DNA of 64,000 bases, from NCBI GenBank assembly GCA_964187785.1, contig OZ076409.1, forward strand, positions 4,962,001-5,026,000, given 5' to 3'. The position numbers and the translations under genes are program-made. The notes beneath the pieces were generated by a model, which made no database searches, was not told where the DNA came from, and was given only the letters and a program-made list of their open reading frames with translations. This stretch comes from Amphiscolops sp. MND2022 (taxonomy: Eukaryota). Below are positions 14,137-27,057 of the stretch, one piece after another; the stretch's first letter is position 1; each line of letters begins with the position of its first letter.

Positions 14137-17100
14137 CATGCTTCAAATCAAATGTAACATCAAACGAAGCAATCCTTCGCCAAAAAAGATGAAAGCATAG
14201 CTGAGTCTAAGTGTGTCGACACTTAATTAAGGTGACCTGTTCGGTTTGTGTTATAGATAACAAAACAATCGCAGGATGTTAGGTTAAATAAATACATGTG
14301 CGTAGTTTTGACCTGAGCATAATGATAGCGGTTGGAGGTTAGAATTTATAGAGCGCCATTATTATTCATCTCTTGATATAATCACCTCAGGTAATTAATA
14401 CCAAGTGATGAAAACTTCCAACAGCTTTTATTATGGTCAGGTAAAAACACGAAAATTTTAAAAATCTAATTGAATGTGAGTTCCGATCCTTTCATCAGTC
14501 ATTAAAAACGCTTGAACAGCCAAGTTGGAGCGCCAAAAGCGAAAGCGACGTCTGAAATGTGCGCTTATCTGTGGTCGAAAATCTTAGCTATTTTGGTAAC
14601 AAGAGTGTCCAACTCTTACAATGGCAAGTTTTTTTGTACGGGGCGATTAACTTGGCACCAGCAAAGTTGAGAGATTTTTCTCTTGTTGTGGTACTTTGTT
14701 GAGAAAGGAGAGTAACTTATCGAAATTAACAAAAGTTCGAAATTGCAGCTTTTGGAAGCTTGGATTCGCTGGGCCAAAGTTTTCTTCCAAAAAGCACTGC
14801 TGAAGTGTTAAATGGCCAATTGTGAGCGCAACAAGCGATAAGGTTTTTTTGGTAAAATCGAATTCACTGTATCATACAAAGCATTTCGCGTGCTGTTCAT
14901 TGAAATTTTCATGCTTTTTCGCCCCAAAAAGCTCCATTTCGTGCTCCGACGCGCAACGAAGTTATTTCAGTGTATTTTTCTCGATCGAAAATCTTCCCAA
15001 GCTCACACAAAAATAGCGAAAGTTTCCTTTGATATTTCTGAGAATGTTTGCGAAGCACTCGCATTAAAGTTTTTCTCAAGGTTAAAACATTGAAGCGCCA
15101 AGGATGCTAAAATTATTCAAAGACGGTCTTTTAAATGTATTATTTTATTCTGATCGCTCATTGTTCAACGAAGCATCCTAATTTTCCATTTTTCCTTTTT
15201 TTTACACTTGCGATAAGCAAGTGTTATGGGAAAGTGCGGGCGCTTTTTTTCCGGGCGACAGCTCTCTCGTTTCACGCGGCAAGTCGCACAGTTCACGCGT
15301 TCGTGGTCTAGTGGTAAGATGTTTGCTTTTCAACCGAGAGGTTTCGTGTTCGAACCCATGCGTATGCGCTTTTTTTACAAGTATTCCGAAGCAGAAGGTT
15401 CTCACTTTTTTCGGCACTATGAGACTCCCCCTTTTTTGGCTTTGTGAGACTTTTTTTTAAAAAACTTCACCAAAGTGTCCTCCCTTCAATTTGTCTGATA
15501 TTTTGCAACAGAACGAATGTTAGAAAATCCCAAAGGGTCCCTTTGTCAGATTTTTCGACACTGAGACTGTTCAAATTTCTCATTTTTTATTGTTTTTTTT
15601 TCGAAAATTTTTTGAAAGACTCCAAACGGTCTCTTCAGTTTTTTGAAATTTTGCAACACATTGGATGTTAAAAAATCTCAAAGGGCCCCTCTTTTACAGT
15701 TTTCGGCATTGTGAGATTTTTCAAAAGGAATAATTTTTGTCTTAAAATTAGGTTTTCTCAGGCCCAGCACGCTATATTCGATTTTTTTAAAGACTGGGGT
15801 TTTTTCGATGCGACTTTTTTAAAATTCGCTTTCATCGAAGCCCCCCTCAATTTTTAAAAGAAACGAAATGTTTTGCGGGCGTAAAGGACTCCTCAACGTT
15901 TCCGGCACGTTTGCGACTTACCGGAGACCTTAGAAAAATTTTCGAAAGGTTTCGAAATTTTTTTTCATCAATTTTATGTTTTTTTAAAGGTTTTCCGGTG
16001 AGAAAGGTGGTTTTTTTGCTCTTTCCAGTTGGGGAAGAATGGTTTTCGAGACTTATGCGTATCCTTTCGGGTATCTTTTGGGGCTGTAAAATTGATGAAA
16101 TTTTAACATTATTGCACCTTTTACACTTGGTTGACCGTATGATTTCTTCTGAAAAGTTCCCAACTTTCTTCGCAAGTGTTTGCGAAGCACGGCTTCGCCT
16201 CTGTGTTGGAAATATGGAAGCTTAGAAGTGACAATCAAATGTTATATGCAGCTAATTTGAGTGATTGAAATATAAAGGAAAAATTGAAGCCTACTTATTG
16301 GGAACCAATAAAAATTGAATCAACTCAAAAACGGTAGAAGCACTGTTAAAGCACGTGAAAAGGTATTTCAGTTCACGTCTCAAGCATGCCTTTTGATGAA
16401 AACATTTTGGTCAACAATTATCTCGATCACGTTTCATAGAATGGCTTAGTCGTGAACAAAAAAGCAGTGAAATTTCAAGACGTTTTCTCCAAATTGGTTT
16501 CTTTCTTTTGGGGGAACCAAAATCCAAATTTGCTTGAGAATCCTTCTGTTTTGTTCCGGGTGAGTGATTCTTTTTCCACATTACAGCTTGGAAGTAAATA
16601 ACGCTAGCGCTGTTTCCATTACAATCAAATTTTTCCATCTTTTTTTCAACCTCAGCCGCCGCATCTTTTTGCTTTTATTTTTCCAGGTTTCTACGACAAC
16701 AACCAATCAAATACACACAAACAACGATTCTATCGTCGGTTTATTTTCGCTTATTACACACGAGCTTTTGATAGTAATACAAATCTTCATCGCCGGTTTA
16801 TTTATTACCTTTAAAACCGTACAAGTTCAGCCTAATAACGCCAAAATCAGAGTTTACGAAGGAAAGATTAGATGACTTAAATCCGATTGAAGATTGATTA
16901 GTCAAATCTTGATCAATAGATCAATGATTTTTCTTTTTGCATTGATTCATGACACAAGTCAGCCTATCTTATTTCAAATTGTGGAACTCTTTATTCGAAT
17001 AGTTTATCAATTCTGTCTTGATTAATCAAAAATGTGTTTTCATTTTTAAAAGCACTCAATTTTCGTTTTTTGTTCTATCACCTTATCTGTGTTTTTGTAG

Positions 17101-19036
17101 CCTTGATAGTGAAACACAACGTAGCTCAAGTTTCCATTGTTTCCATTAGTTTTTGTAGCGGTATTTTCGTTTGATTGAAAATAATTTCGCTTTTACCGTT
17201 TAATCTTGTGTTGTTGAATTATCAGATCAAAGCAATAAAGCTTGTTACTTTTGCATAGCACTAACTGTTTTTCTTGGTTTGAATTATTATTTTTGAACTT
17301 TTTTGAATTGTTATTATTAACATTTGTCATCGTATTGATACAATGCAGAAAAAAATGAGTTCGCTTTTGGCCACTATTTCAGAATATTATTTGTTCTCTT
17401 TCTGTGGGCCCACTGTGCAATTGATGACTCCTACACAAGCGACTAAATTCTGTGAAGATTGCCAACATTTCGGCCAACCAGGTAGATATGACCCTATGAC
17501 AGTGACGGCCAATTAAATTTTTGAATCATGTTCCTTATTCCCCTAGCGGCGGCAGGGGGAAATAAGAAACAAGGTTCATATACCATTATGTCGACATCGT
17601 TTGCGCTGAAATTTCGGTCCAATGAAATAGATGTCGGTATAATCCTATCTTTCACGTTGATTCACAGTTCAAAAGTTGCTCAAAAACAGCCCCAATTTTT
17701 CATGTTGAATCTTGAACGTTTATTGGGCAATTCTTGCTGGAACCTAATAATTGTAATTTTCAATTTAAATTATTGAAAAACGTCAATTTTCGAAAAAAAA
17801 GTTTTGATCAGTATATTATCAGGTGGAATGGTCTCATCTGAAATCATTTGAATGCAACCATGAATTAGCGGAACAGTGATTCATTCTTTTCCTTCTTTTT
17901 CAATGGTGGTGGTCATGGATGCCGTTTTGTAGGGCTCCTTTTTGACCGGTGCCACTCCCTCTGAGGCCACTAGCTCCTCCCCCTCACTCTCCCGGTTGAC
18001 ACCCACTCGACGACACCCTACTGGCAGACAACAAGTGCTCAATTCAGCACCACTGAACTATCACGCTCAACAGAATGTTTGGAATCGAACTATGTTCATT
18101 TTTCAATACTCGTTTTTTTATTGTTGAGAAAAAAAACATTTTTTGTTGAAGTTCAAGTTGAATGAGTCTAGTCGAAAGTTTCTTCGAAAACTAAGACAAT
18201 AAACAGATTATGGAGAACCGGGGCTAAAAAGAAACTGAGAAAAAACGCAAAAATTGAAACGAACAAAAAATTGTCTAAGGTAAAGTTAAATTAAAAGATT
18301 CAATTTGAAAGTGTTACTCTATCATTCAGGTTTCTTTGAAGTTTAAACCTGTGAACCAATTATCGAAACAAAAACTAAGCTGAAAAGGATGCTAAACATC
18401 ACGAAGTATAATTAAATGTCAATTCCTTCGGATACTTTTAGAAAAACAAAGTGAGTTGGTTAGAGGTCAAAGTTCACTACACTTTGGAGAAACTTGAAGC
18501 CAAAAGAGTCAAAACACCTTCGTTGTTTTATGTCTGAGTTTCAAGAGTTCGAGGTGTGAATACCGGATTTCCATCTGTGGCTCTCGCTTCGAGGTTTGGG
18601 ACTATGTTTTTTTCTGCCATTCTGTTTTGTAAGAAGTTTGTTTCAATTGTTTAATTGTTTAAAAATTGGCTGACTGCGCCATGTTGTATTCTGCTAATCT
18701 AAGGGTAAGAGAAAAGAATATTGTAAAATAAAGATCTCTAGTTCTAGACTGTATCGTAACAAGTACAAATGTATAAATGTATTCAATGTAATTTAGCATG
18801 ACTTGAGTTTGTTTGTACACAACTCTAGCTGGTATCTAGACACTAGACAGTCTATAAGTTTGTAGACCGAATCTCGGTTGAGGTCATGGGAACCGGATTG
18901 AACCGAATATAACACATGCTTCAAATCAAATGTAACATCAAACGAAGCAATCCTTCGCCAAAAAAGATGAAAGCATAGCTGAGTCTAAGTGTGTCGACAC
19001 TTAATTAAGGTAACCTGTTCGGTTTGTGTTATAGAT

Positions 19037-19392
19037 AACAAGACGGGAACGTCCCAAGTCGGCGCCATATCTTAGGCTCAAAAATATTCAAGGAACAACT
19101 ATTGGAAAAATTTGGAAAAAAAAATTTTTTCAAAAAAAAATTTTGATTTTTTTTCGAAAAAAAGTATTTTTTAGGTCGCACAATGCCGAAAAACTCATTA
19201 AAAAATTTATGGTTTAGTGCGGGATTCGAACCCACGCTCTCCGGCTGGGTCGAAGATGAAAGATGAACAAATATGAAAGATGAACAAAAATTGTAAGAAA
19301 AGTGGACCACTCAGAGTGAGATTGTCAACTGAAAAAAAAAACTACTCACTGTAAGAGTCGGGCTTTTTTCCTTAAGGGAAAAGGCGCCGACT
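19037..19392 (-). mobile_element. HINE/DINE-1-like non-autonomous Helentron-type element (copy with an empty paralogous site)
   Basis: AACAAGACGGGAACGTC...GGCGCCGACT is present in duplication unit 2 and absent at 14259 in unit 1. Confidence 0.85.
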
Positions 19393-21336
19393 AACAAAAC
19401 AATCGCAGGATGTTAGGTTAAATAAATACCTGTGCGTAGTTTTGACCTGAGCATAATGATAGCGGTTGGAGGTTAGAATTTATAGAGCGCCATTATTATT
19501 CATCTCTTGATAAAATCACCTCAGGTAATTAATACCAAGTGATGAAAACTTCCAACAGCTTTTATTATGGTCAGGTCAAAACACGAAAACTTTAAAAATC
19601 TAATTGAATGTGAGTTCCGATCCTTTCATCCATCAGTCATTAAAAACGCTTGAACAGCCAAGTTGGAGCCCCACTGATTGCTTAAAAACTAATCCAAGCA
19701 TGCCCAGGTGCAACTATTGAAAAAATTCTGAAAATTCATTCGTTTCTTGACCGACAACCGAAAAATAACAAAGGGTTCTTCTTTGGTGAAATGAAAAAAA
19801 TCGAAAAAGTCGCGTAGTGCCGAAAAATTCAAGGTTGCTTAGGTCTCTTCTAACTTTATAGAAGTTTTTAACGGTGTAAAAGTATATATTATTGGAAAAA
19901 AGGTACCTTGCGACGGCAAAGATGAAGTAATTGAATTTATGAAAAATTAATAATAAGCTAAAGGCTAATTATAGACCCACTATCTATGGAAGCGCCGACT
20001 AAAACTGCGGTTGGAGAGCAAACAGAGACTGAAAAGTCTCTCAAGGCTCTTTGTGAATCCACTTCCAGTGTCTCTAAAGGGCATCGAGCGCGACCATTGT
20101 AGTGGACTTTCATCTGTTATTTTTACAATACGTTCGACGTGGTCGAAGTAGTTCTTAAAATAGTTCTCCGTGCCATTAAAAACAGTAGTCGTTATAGGCT
20201 TTCTGTGAAAATTCGAGATTGGTTTTCTGCAAGTTTTTGAGTTTTTCGGCCTTTGTTTACAAATTTTCAGATGGAATTTGGGTCCCGGTCGGTTTAACTT
20301 CTGTTCTCTAATCATTATGCATTCCCTTAATGAACTTCCGTAACTGAGAAAGATCTGTTAGAAACACATTTCCCTGAATTTCTTTTGGTTGAGAACATGT
20401 AATTGAATCAAATATGCATCGCTGTGATAAAAAGTTCATAGAGGCATCGTATGTTTTGGCAACCATTACAATGAATTGGTAATGAGGACTTTTAAAACTG
20501 AGAACTAGTTGAAAAATTTCATCCAATATATTTTTTCACGCTTCGATAGATTGAATCACTTCCAGATTTCCTCTTTTTCCTTAGAGGTGCCATCTTTTTC
20601 TGCGGCTCATTGTTTAAAAGTTCATTTCTTTAAAGCCTTAGGAGCATTGAAAATTTCATTCTACTCTGTGAATGGAGAATCGCTTCCAGTTATCAAATGC
20701 TTAGGAGACCTTATATTTTTTCAATGCCTGAACGGGCCAAATCTAATTACTGTACCATATCATCTATTCCAACACCCCCCCCCCCCCCCCAAAAAAAAAA
20801 AAAACTGCGAAAGGGGGAACTAAGAGAGAAGGTTCAAATACCATTATGTCGACATTGTTTGCGTTGGAATTTTGGTCCAATAAAGTAATTGATGTCGACA
20901 TACTTCTATCCACTACATTGACTGTCAGTTAAAAGTTGCTCATTAGATTTTATAGCGGAAAAAATTCGCGCAGAAATTGGGGCCTTTTTATACGATTTTA
21001 GCTTGTTCCAAACGTAAATTTGGGCTATTTTGGACAATAATATCAAAAAGTTATGGTATTTTTTTAACCTGAAGTGTCCAAACAGTTGTAGAGACAACCC
21101 TCTAAGTATATATATTCATATAATATTCTCTTATTAGTGAAAGATTTTGTTCAAGAGTAAAATGTGCTTTCGTGTTGGGGGGATTCCCAACAAGGTGTAC
21201 CTGGGGGGAATAGATAACATGGTCCTAATTACTCCGCTTCCATGCGTTTTTGAAAGATTTTTCAATGGTGAACCCAAATTGTCTTGAATCCTTAGAGACT
21301 TATAACTAGGAATAGCAACAGTTCGGTTTCCAACAG

Positions 21337-21538
21337 GCGGCAGTGTTGAATTCATTGAATTGCAATCAGCAATTGAGTTTCGGAGCTGTTAATTCTTCCC
21401 CAACAAGACAACGCCAAGCTAACAGCACCACTTTTGTACCATCTTACCACTCAGTTGGCGTCAGTTCTCATGCTGCTCCTTCGACTGATGAACTCTTGCC
21501 TACTGTGCAAACAACTGGAGCTTATCGCATCAACAGAG
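21337..21538 (+). CDS. Candidate upstream exon B of the flippase (AAVLNSLN...AYRINR)
   Basis: Acceptor tttccaacag and donor g|gttagt (the same donor hexamer as several confirmed exons); 202 nt open, phase 0 to 1. Confidence 0.6.
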
Positions 21539-21767
21539 GTTAGTCTAATAGAACTTTTCTTACCTTTACTACTTACTACCTTTATTATCTTTACTTACAA
21601 AGAGGACCGACCGTATAGAAGGCATTAAACATGTGAAACACTCGAATCCGTTTATAACGATTACGTTTATACCGATATTCCCGTTATAGCGATAGAGTTT
21701 CACTGTCCAGGTCCCAATGCTAGTATATAACGATTTTCGCCTATAACGATATTCGGATATAACAATT

Positions 21768-21971
21768 AACAAGCCGGGAACTGCCCAAGTCGGTGCCATA
21801 TCTAAGGCTCAAAAAGACTCGAAAACAACTGGAGACAACAAAAGCTCTCGAAAAACTAAAAATTGAGAAAAAAAATTCCGATTTTTTTTGAAAAGTGGAC
21901 GTTACGCGTTGAACTGACGGGAAAAAAACTAGCCACTGTAAGAGTAGGGATTTTCTTCGAAAACGCCGACT
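21768..21971 (-). mobile_element. HINE-like element nested in a TA-MITE
   Basis: Same termini; interrupts a MITE whose intact copy is at 47852-48023. Confidence 0.85.
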
Positions 21972-22025
21972 AAAAAACGCCGGTCCCCGGGCAATCGTTA
22001 TAAGCGGAGTTGAGTGGGAGCCGTA

Positions 22026-22186
22026 CAGTGGAAGCCGATTAAATGGGACACGCGTATGAGACAACGTTTAATTGGCACGCATACTTCGGTGCCTGGCCAT
22101 GTCAATTGTACTACTGATGAGAGACAACGAGTATAGTAGACCAGAAAACCCGGTCCCGAGGCGTCCCATATAAGCGGCTTCCACTG
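22026..22186. mobile_element. pogo/Tc1-type MITE
   Basis: TA|CAGTGGAAGCCG...CGGCTTCCACTG|TA. Confidence 0.85.
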
Positions 22187-23128
22187 TAATACATTTATTA
22201 CCTTTACTATTTACCAAAAGGACCGAGCGCATCGAAGACATTAAACAGGTGATAATTAAATTAAATGTAGCTCATGCTATAGAGATGGGTAGTCATTAAA
22301 CACAGCTCTGTGATTCGGATCGCATCCCCCGGGCGATTTTAGGCTCGATTTTCTCGGAATCGGTGGAACATTTTGAAAAACATCAAAGTGTCTTAGAATT
22401 TCATTTAGTTTACATTTATATTTTCCAAAAATGTCAAAATCGATTTCGAGCAAAATTGGAACTTCTTGGCTTTTTTTCTAATTTTGGTGTTTCGCATAAG
22501 CTTTCTTGGCAAGTTTTATACACGAATAACTTTTTTTCGTCAGACCACAAAGCTGATCCTGTATGAACCAATTTTCAGTACAGAGATTATCAGTTTAGGG
22601 GGAACCCACCGATCGCGAGTTCGAGTCCCTGCTTCAGCCAGAAATTTCGTGCATTTGCAAAAACGGCCAAGACTAAAGGGCTCACTTTCAATTTTTTTCG
22701 GCGCTGAGACTTTCCGAAAGTCTCCAAAGGGTCCCCTTTAATTTTTCTTTGATATTTTGCAACAAACTGGATTTTCAACAAGCCCAAAGGGTCCTCCTAT
22801 AACAATTTTCGGCCTTGCGAGTTTTTTCAAAATGATTATTATTCGTCTCTAAAGTTGGATGTGGTTTTCTCAGTGGACCAGTACTTTGTATCCAAATTTT
22901 GTTTTTTAAGACCGTCGTTTTTTCGGCACTGTGTGACTTTTCACTTTGTGACCGGTCTTTTTTCTAAGCGACTTTTTTCAAAAAAATGTTTTCATCAAAG
23001 CCCCTCCCCTCAATTTTTACTAAAAACGAAACGTTTTGCGAGCATAGAGGACTCCTTAAGGTTTTCGGCACTAGGAGACATTTTCTGTGAGAAAAAATTC
23101 CGAATTTGTTTTGAAAAAAGGTGAGTTT

Positions 23129-23489
23129 TTAGTCGGCGCTTTTCGTAGAAAAACGCAGACTATAGTAGTGACTTTTTTGAAGACCAACTAAGTGACAGAT
23201 TTTATAAGCTTTATAAGCTGACTTGAACTAACACTAACTGCCACACTACTTCTACTGGCACTTGAGATAGAGGTTAATTAGGCTTTTTTGAGGTCCCGTT
23301 TTACATTTTTCGGTACTATGCGATTTTCCGGGGACCAAAAAATGACTTGAAAAAAAACTTCAAAAAAATGGATTTTTTTCAATTTTTTCTTATGCGGGTA
23401 CTGTAGAAGAGAATACTTGACACTTTGAAGTCCTTTTGCTATTTTTGAGCCTTAGATATGGCGCCGACTTGGGCCGTTCCCGGCTTGTT
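23129..23489 (+). mobile_element. HINE-like element
   Basis: TTAGTCGGCGC...GGCGCCGACTTGGGCCGTTCCCGGCTTGTT. Confidence 0.8.
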
Positions 23490-23816
23490 TGTTTTCATTT
23501 GGGAAAAGTAATTTCCTAGTCTTGTGCGTATCCCCTCGGGCATTTAATTTACAGTTTCCTTTTGCATCTTTATAAAACTTTACTCTTTTCAACCTCTAGT
23601 GGGGTGCCGACTTGGATCGTTTCCTTCCAAAAACTGCCTACACTTTGGAGTCAAATTTCCATATTGTGAGGTATCAAATTATTTTATCAGCATCCAAGCT
23701 TATATCAAATATTCTTTCACAATTGTTCAGTGGTGACATTCACAGCTGCTTTATTTTTTTCTCCTTTTTCTTTTTTCTTGAAAATTTAAAACGACCGCTT
23801 GTACTGAAACTCATTT

Positions 23817-24143
23817 TTAGTCGGCGCTTTCATTAATCTTTTATTTAAGACAGACTCGAAGCGACAAACGTTAACGTTCAGCTGAAAGAAACTAAACGAA
23901 TACCCGGGAAACTGATCTAAGTTATTCCAAAGAGGTTATTCCAAATAACCCTTTGGTTTTGTATTTTTTAAACGTAACCTACAAAACCGGACTGGACTAA
24001 AGGAAATTTCAATTTTTCGATTTTTTTCCGGCACTGTGCGACTTTTTTTCGAAATTTCTTTTGTCTCCAAAGGGTCCCCTCCTTCGATTTTATTTGAGCC
24101 TTAGATATAGCGCCTACTTGAGACTTCAAGTTCCCGTCTTGTT
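23817..24143 (+). mobile_element. HINE-like element
   Basis: Family 5' end; 3' end ...TTCCCGTCTTGTT. Confidence 0.75.
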
Positions 24144-24959
24144 CATGTTGGGACAAATATGAAAGGAGCCCGTTGTTGAAAGGAGAGCGAGTCGGAAAAA
24201 GTTGAAGATGGTGTCGTTACACTGCAAGCTGCAGAGCCTCCTTGCAGTGTCACCAACGGTTCTATATCATATAAGTAAATTTTAGACAGCTGCTTTAAAT
24301 CTATTTTGAGATACCTGAAACAAGAACAATACGGCACAAGGATAATTTCTTGATAAGAACCGCACGTGCCGCGAACCACTTGATTAGAAAGGGAGTTATC
24401 AACTTTGATAGGTCGTTTGACACTTTCAAGAGGAACTTACAGTGAAACGCGACTATAATGGTGACTTTTTCAACATTTCCTTTTTAATCCACGCGAACTG
24501 ACCAAAATAGTTCTACCAAAAGTTCTACAAAATTTCAATGCGCCAAATCGTACCATTCGGACCAGGGAACTGAACTATAAGAGTTGTTCTTTTTTAGCAT
24601 AACATACAAAATCGAACGAGACTAAAGGATCCCCCTTTTTGATTTTTTTTCGGAAATGTGAGACTTCTTTCGAAAATTGTTAATGTCTCCTAAGGGTCTC
24701 CTCTTCGTTGTTTTGATATTTTGCAACAGAATGGATGTTAAAAAATCCCAAAGGGCCCTCCCTTTTTGTGCGCTTTAACAGCCCCCCGTTTGGGTTTTTG
24801 GGTACTGTGAAAGAGAATACTTGACGCTTTCAAGTCCTTTTGCAATTTTTGAGCCTTAGGTATGGCGCCGACCTTTGCCATTCCCGGCTTGTCCTTTGGA
24901 ATAGTGAGTTTAGTTGTTAAAACAATTATCAGTTAATAAGTATAATGTTTCATTTTCAG

Positions 24960-25238
24960 GCGTAGCCTTCACCTCGACACGCGATTCGAGTTTGAATTTT
25001 CCTGGTGCCAACTCTGGACGAAATGCCAACACAAATGTTTTCAGAAGTGCACATGGGGGTACTACTGTGATCCCTGGCAGAGATGACGACTTGCTCCGCT
25101 TTTCCACATCTTCCGACTCGCTTTCGTCCTTCGACTCTGGGTTAGGAGTCGCCGCCTCCGCTTCGGACTCCTCGCCCTTGATCAGTGTGCTGCCATCTCG
25201 CAGGAGACACAGATCTGCGTCTGCTAATCATTGTATTG
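24960..25238 (+). CDS. Candidate upstream exon C of the flippase (GVAFTSTRD...SANHCI)
   Basis: Acceptor cattttcag, donor g|gttagt, 279 nt open, phase 1-1; joins in frame to exon B and to the 34208 exon. Confidence 0.65.
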
Positions 25239-25250
25239 GTTAGTTTTCAT

Positions 25251-26835
25251 GAAGAAGAAGAAGATTTAATTAATTTGATGCCCGAGGGCGTACAAACTAC
25301 AAAGTTAAATAAGTTTGATTGTCATCAGTTATGGAAGCATTAGCGTTGCAGATAGTTCTGCACAAAACAGAAACGTTATTCAAGTTATCAATTTTCACGG
25401 TATTCATCACCGTGAAAAGTACAAATAAGTACATTCATTATAAGTAGAAAGTTTAATTCAACAGAATGGTTAAATGTTCCATTTCATGAAACAAAAATGA
25501 AACGTGAACAACCACCCTGTTGGGATAGAGAATGATCTTATCAGCTCTTCGAGTCTCTACCCCATGGAATCAGTCATTGTCAAAGTACTATGAAGAAAAA
25601 CAAAGTATAAGACATTTCACAGACAATTTGTGAAGACTGCAATGAATAAATTAAATGGTGTTTAAATTCTTGATCTTAACCCTAACGTTTTGCCTCATTT
25701 TTCCACATCAGGTGATTGACTTCACGAAAAAAAGCTTGCGTAACTCCAGCCCATCAAATACGTAGAGAGTGTCTATTTGTTTCAAATGTGTATCAATTTG
25801 ACCTTTCGTCATTTTTGCAAAATCGATCGGTATGAGATTGTGCACCTTTAGCCAATTATAGGCTTTTCTCAAAGTATTTTCAATCGATTTTTGCTTCGTT
25901 ACAGTTCGACAATAAGCTGTAGGTAAAAGCCCTTTTTCGGAAAATTTAGTTTTCGATCTAGTTTGCTCTTTTTCTACATGGAGAAAGTGTAGGGGAGATT
26001 CTATTCTAATTTGCTTGAAAACTTTTGAAAACTTCTAGGACATACAATTCAAACACAGTATGGATGTGGTAAGCAGCTATGATATCCTTTAGGCTGTGTT
26101 GTTTTTGCTTGAAGAAGATGGCTCGTATGATTCTTCTTTGAGCATTTTCAAGCATCTCTAAATTAGTCTTTGCAGCACTACCATAAACCAACATTCCATA
26201 GCTAGCTAGCGACCGTGCATATGTTTTATAAAATAATAGGAGACACTTCATTGGGTATAAATGTCTCACTTTATATACAAGACCACAAAACCTATTCAAT
26301 TTTTTTAGTTATGTACTCAATGTGTTCTCGGAATGTGAGCTTATTGTCAATGTAGACACCCAAATACTTGAAACAATTAGTTTGGGCAACTTTGAATTGA
26401 ATATTTCAATCTCTTTTTTTCCTACGGCAAAATTCTTGCTCTCACATTTTGTAGTGTTTAAGGTAAGTTTGTTCTGACAAAACCAGTGTCTGACTCTTTC
26501 GTGTTCACTATTTATATCTGTTGCATCTCGTTTCCCTATTTTGATGAGACTTGTATCATCGGCAAATAGCGCTATATCAGCGTCATTTCCACATATTTCA
26601 GGGAGATCATTAATATACAAAAGGAATGAAAAAAGGTCCAAGTACTGAGCCTTGAGGAACACCTGTTTTTCTTTCTTGAAGTTTAGAATTTCGTCCATCA
26701 TTGTCGACGTACTGGCATCGACTTCTTAAATAACTTTCCAGCAATTCAAAGATTGGTCCTCTAAACCCCAAATTATAAACTTTTCTCAAAAGAATTGAAT
26801 GGTCTAAAGAATCAAATGCTTTTATAAGTACAATT
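25251..26835 (-). mobile_element. 5'-truncated, frameshifted non-LTR retrotransposon (CR1/L2-group RT) with 3' tail
   Basis: KAFDSLDH, GVPQGSVLG, LYINDLP, FADDT, KYLGV, QRRIIR. The 3' end reads gccc-tc-gggc hairpin, aattaaa, then (TTC)4 at 25251-25264. Confidence 0.92.
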
Positions 26836-27057
26836 AAGTACCATCCAAATGAATTTCACTGAGATTATCAAAGAAGAAAGGTGATTTTCCCCAATTCCGC
26901 GGGGTGGACACCGAATAAGCAGTTCTGCTTTTCTAAGTCAGCGCCTTTTCGGATACTATCTCCCCATAGCAAGCTATGGTACCATATCTGCAGCCAAGTG
27001 GTCAAGTAATGGTGGACTTGCAGCCGTGGTTTCAGAGTGACTTGCTCAAGGTCACAA

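Larger units (their letters stand above)
9759..19669. repeat. Tandem segmental duplication, two ~4.77-kb units (9759-14527; 14528-19669 including a 356-bp insertion)
   Basis: Identical ORFs at offset 4769 (10053/14822); GAGC microhomology at all three boundaries. Confidence 0.97.

Noticed and set aside
19037..19397. 5-bp TSD AACAA around the insertion
   Set aside because: AACAA(G) is the conserved terminus in other copies, and the second empty site shows no such duplication.
24143..24379. GC-richer island as an additional exon
   Set aside because: No frame with a compatible acceptor/donor pair on the plus strand and no recognisable product.
24910..25235. Minus-strand acidic ORF (…KGEESEAEAATPNPESKDESESED…) as the real exon; a similar minus reading exists at about 13055-13240
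   Set aside because: The plus strand has better splice sites and phases that chain with neighbouring exons. Not fully excluded without stranded RNA data.
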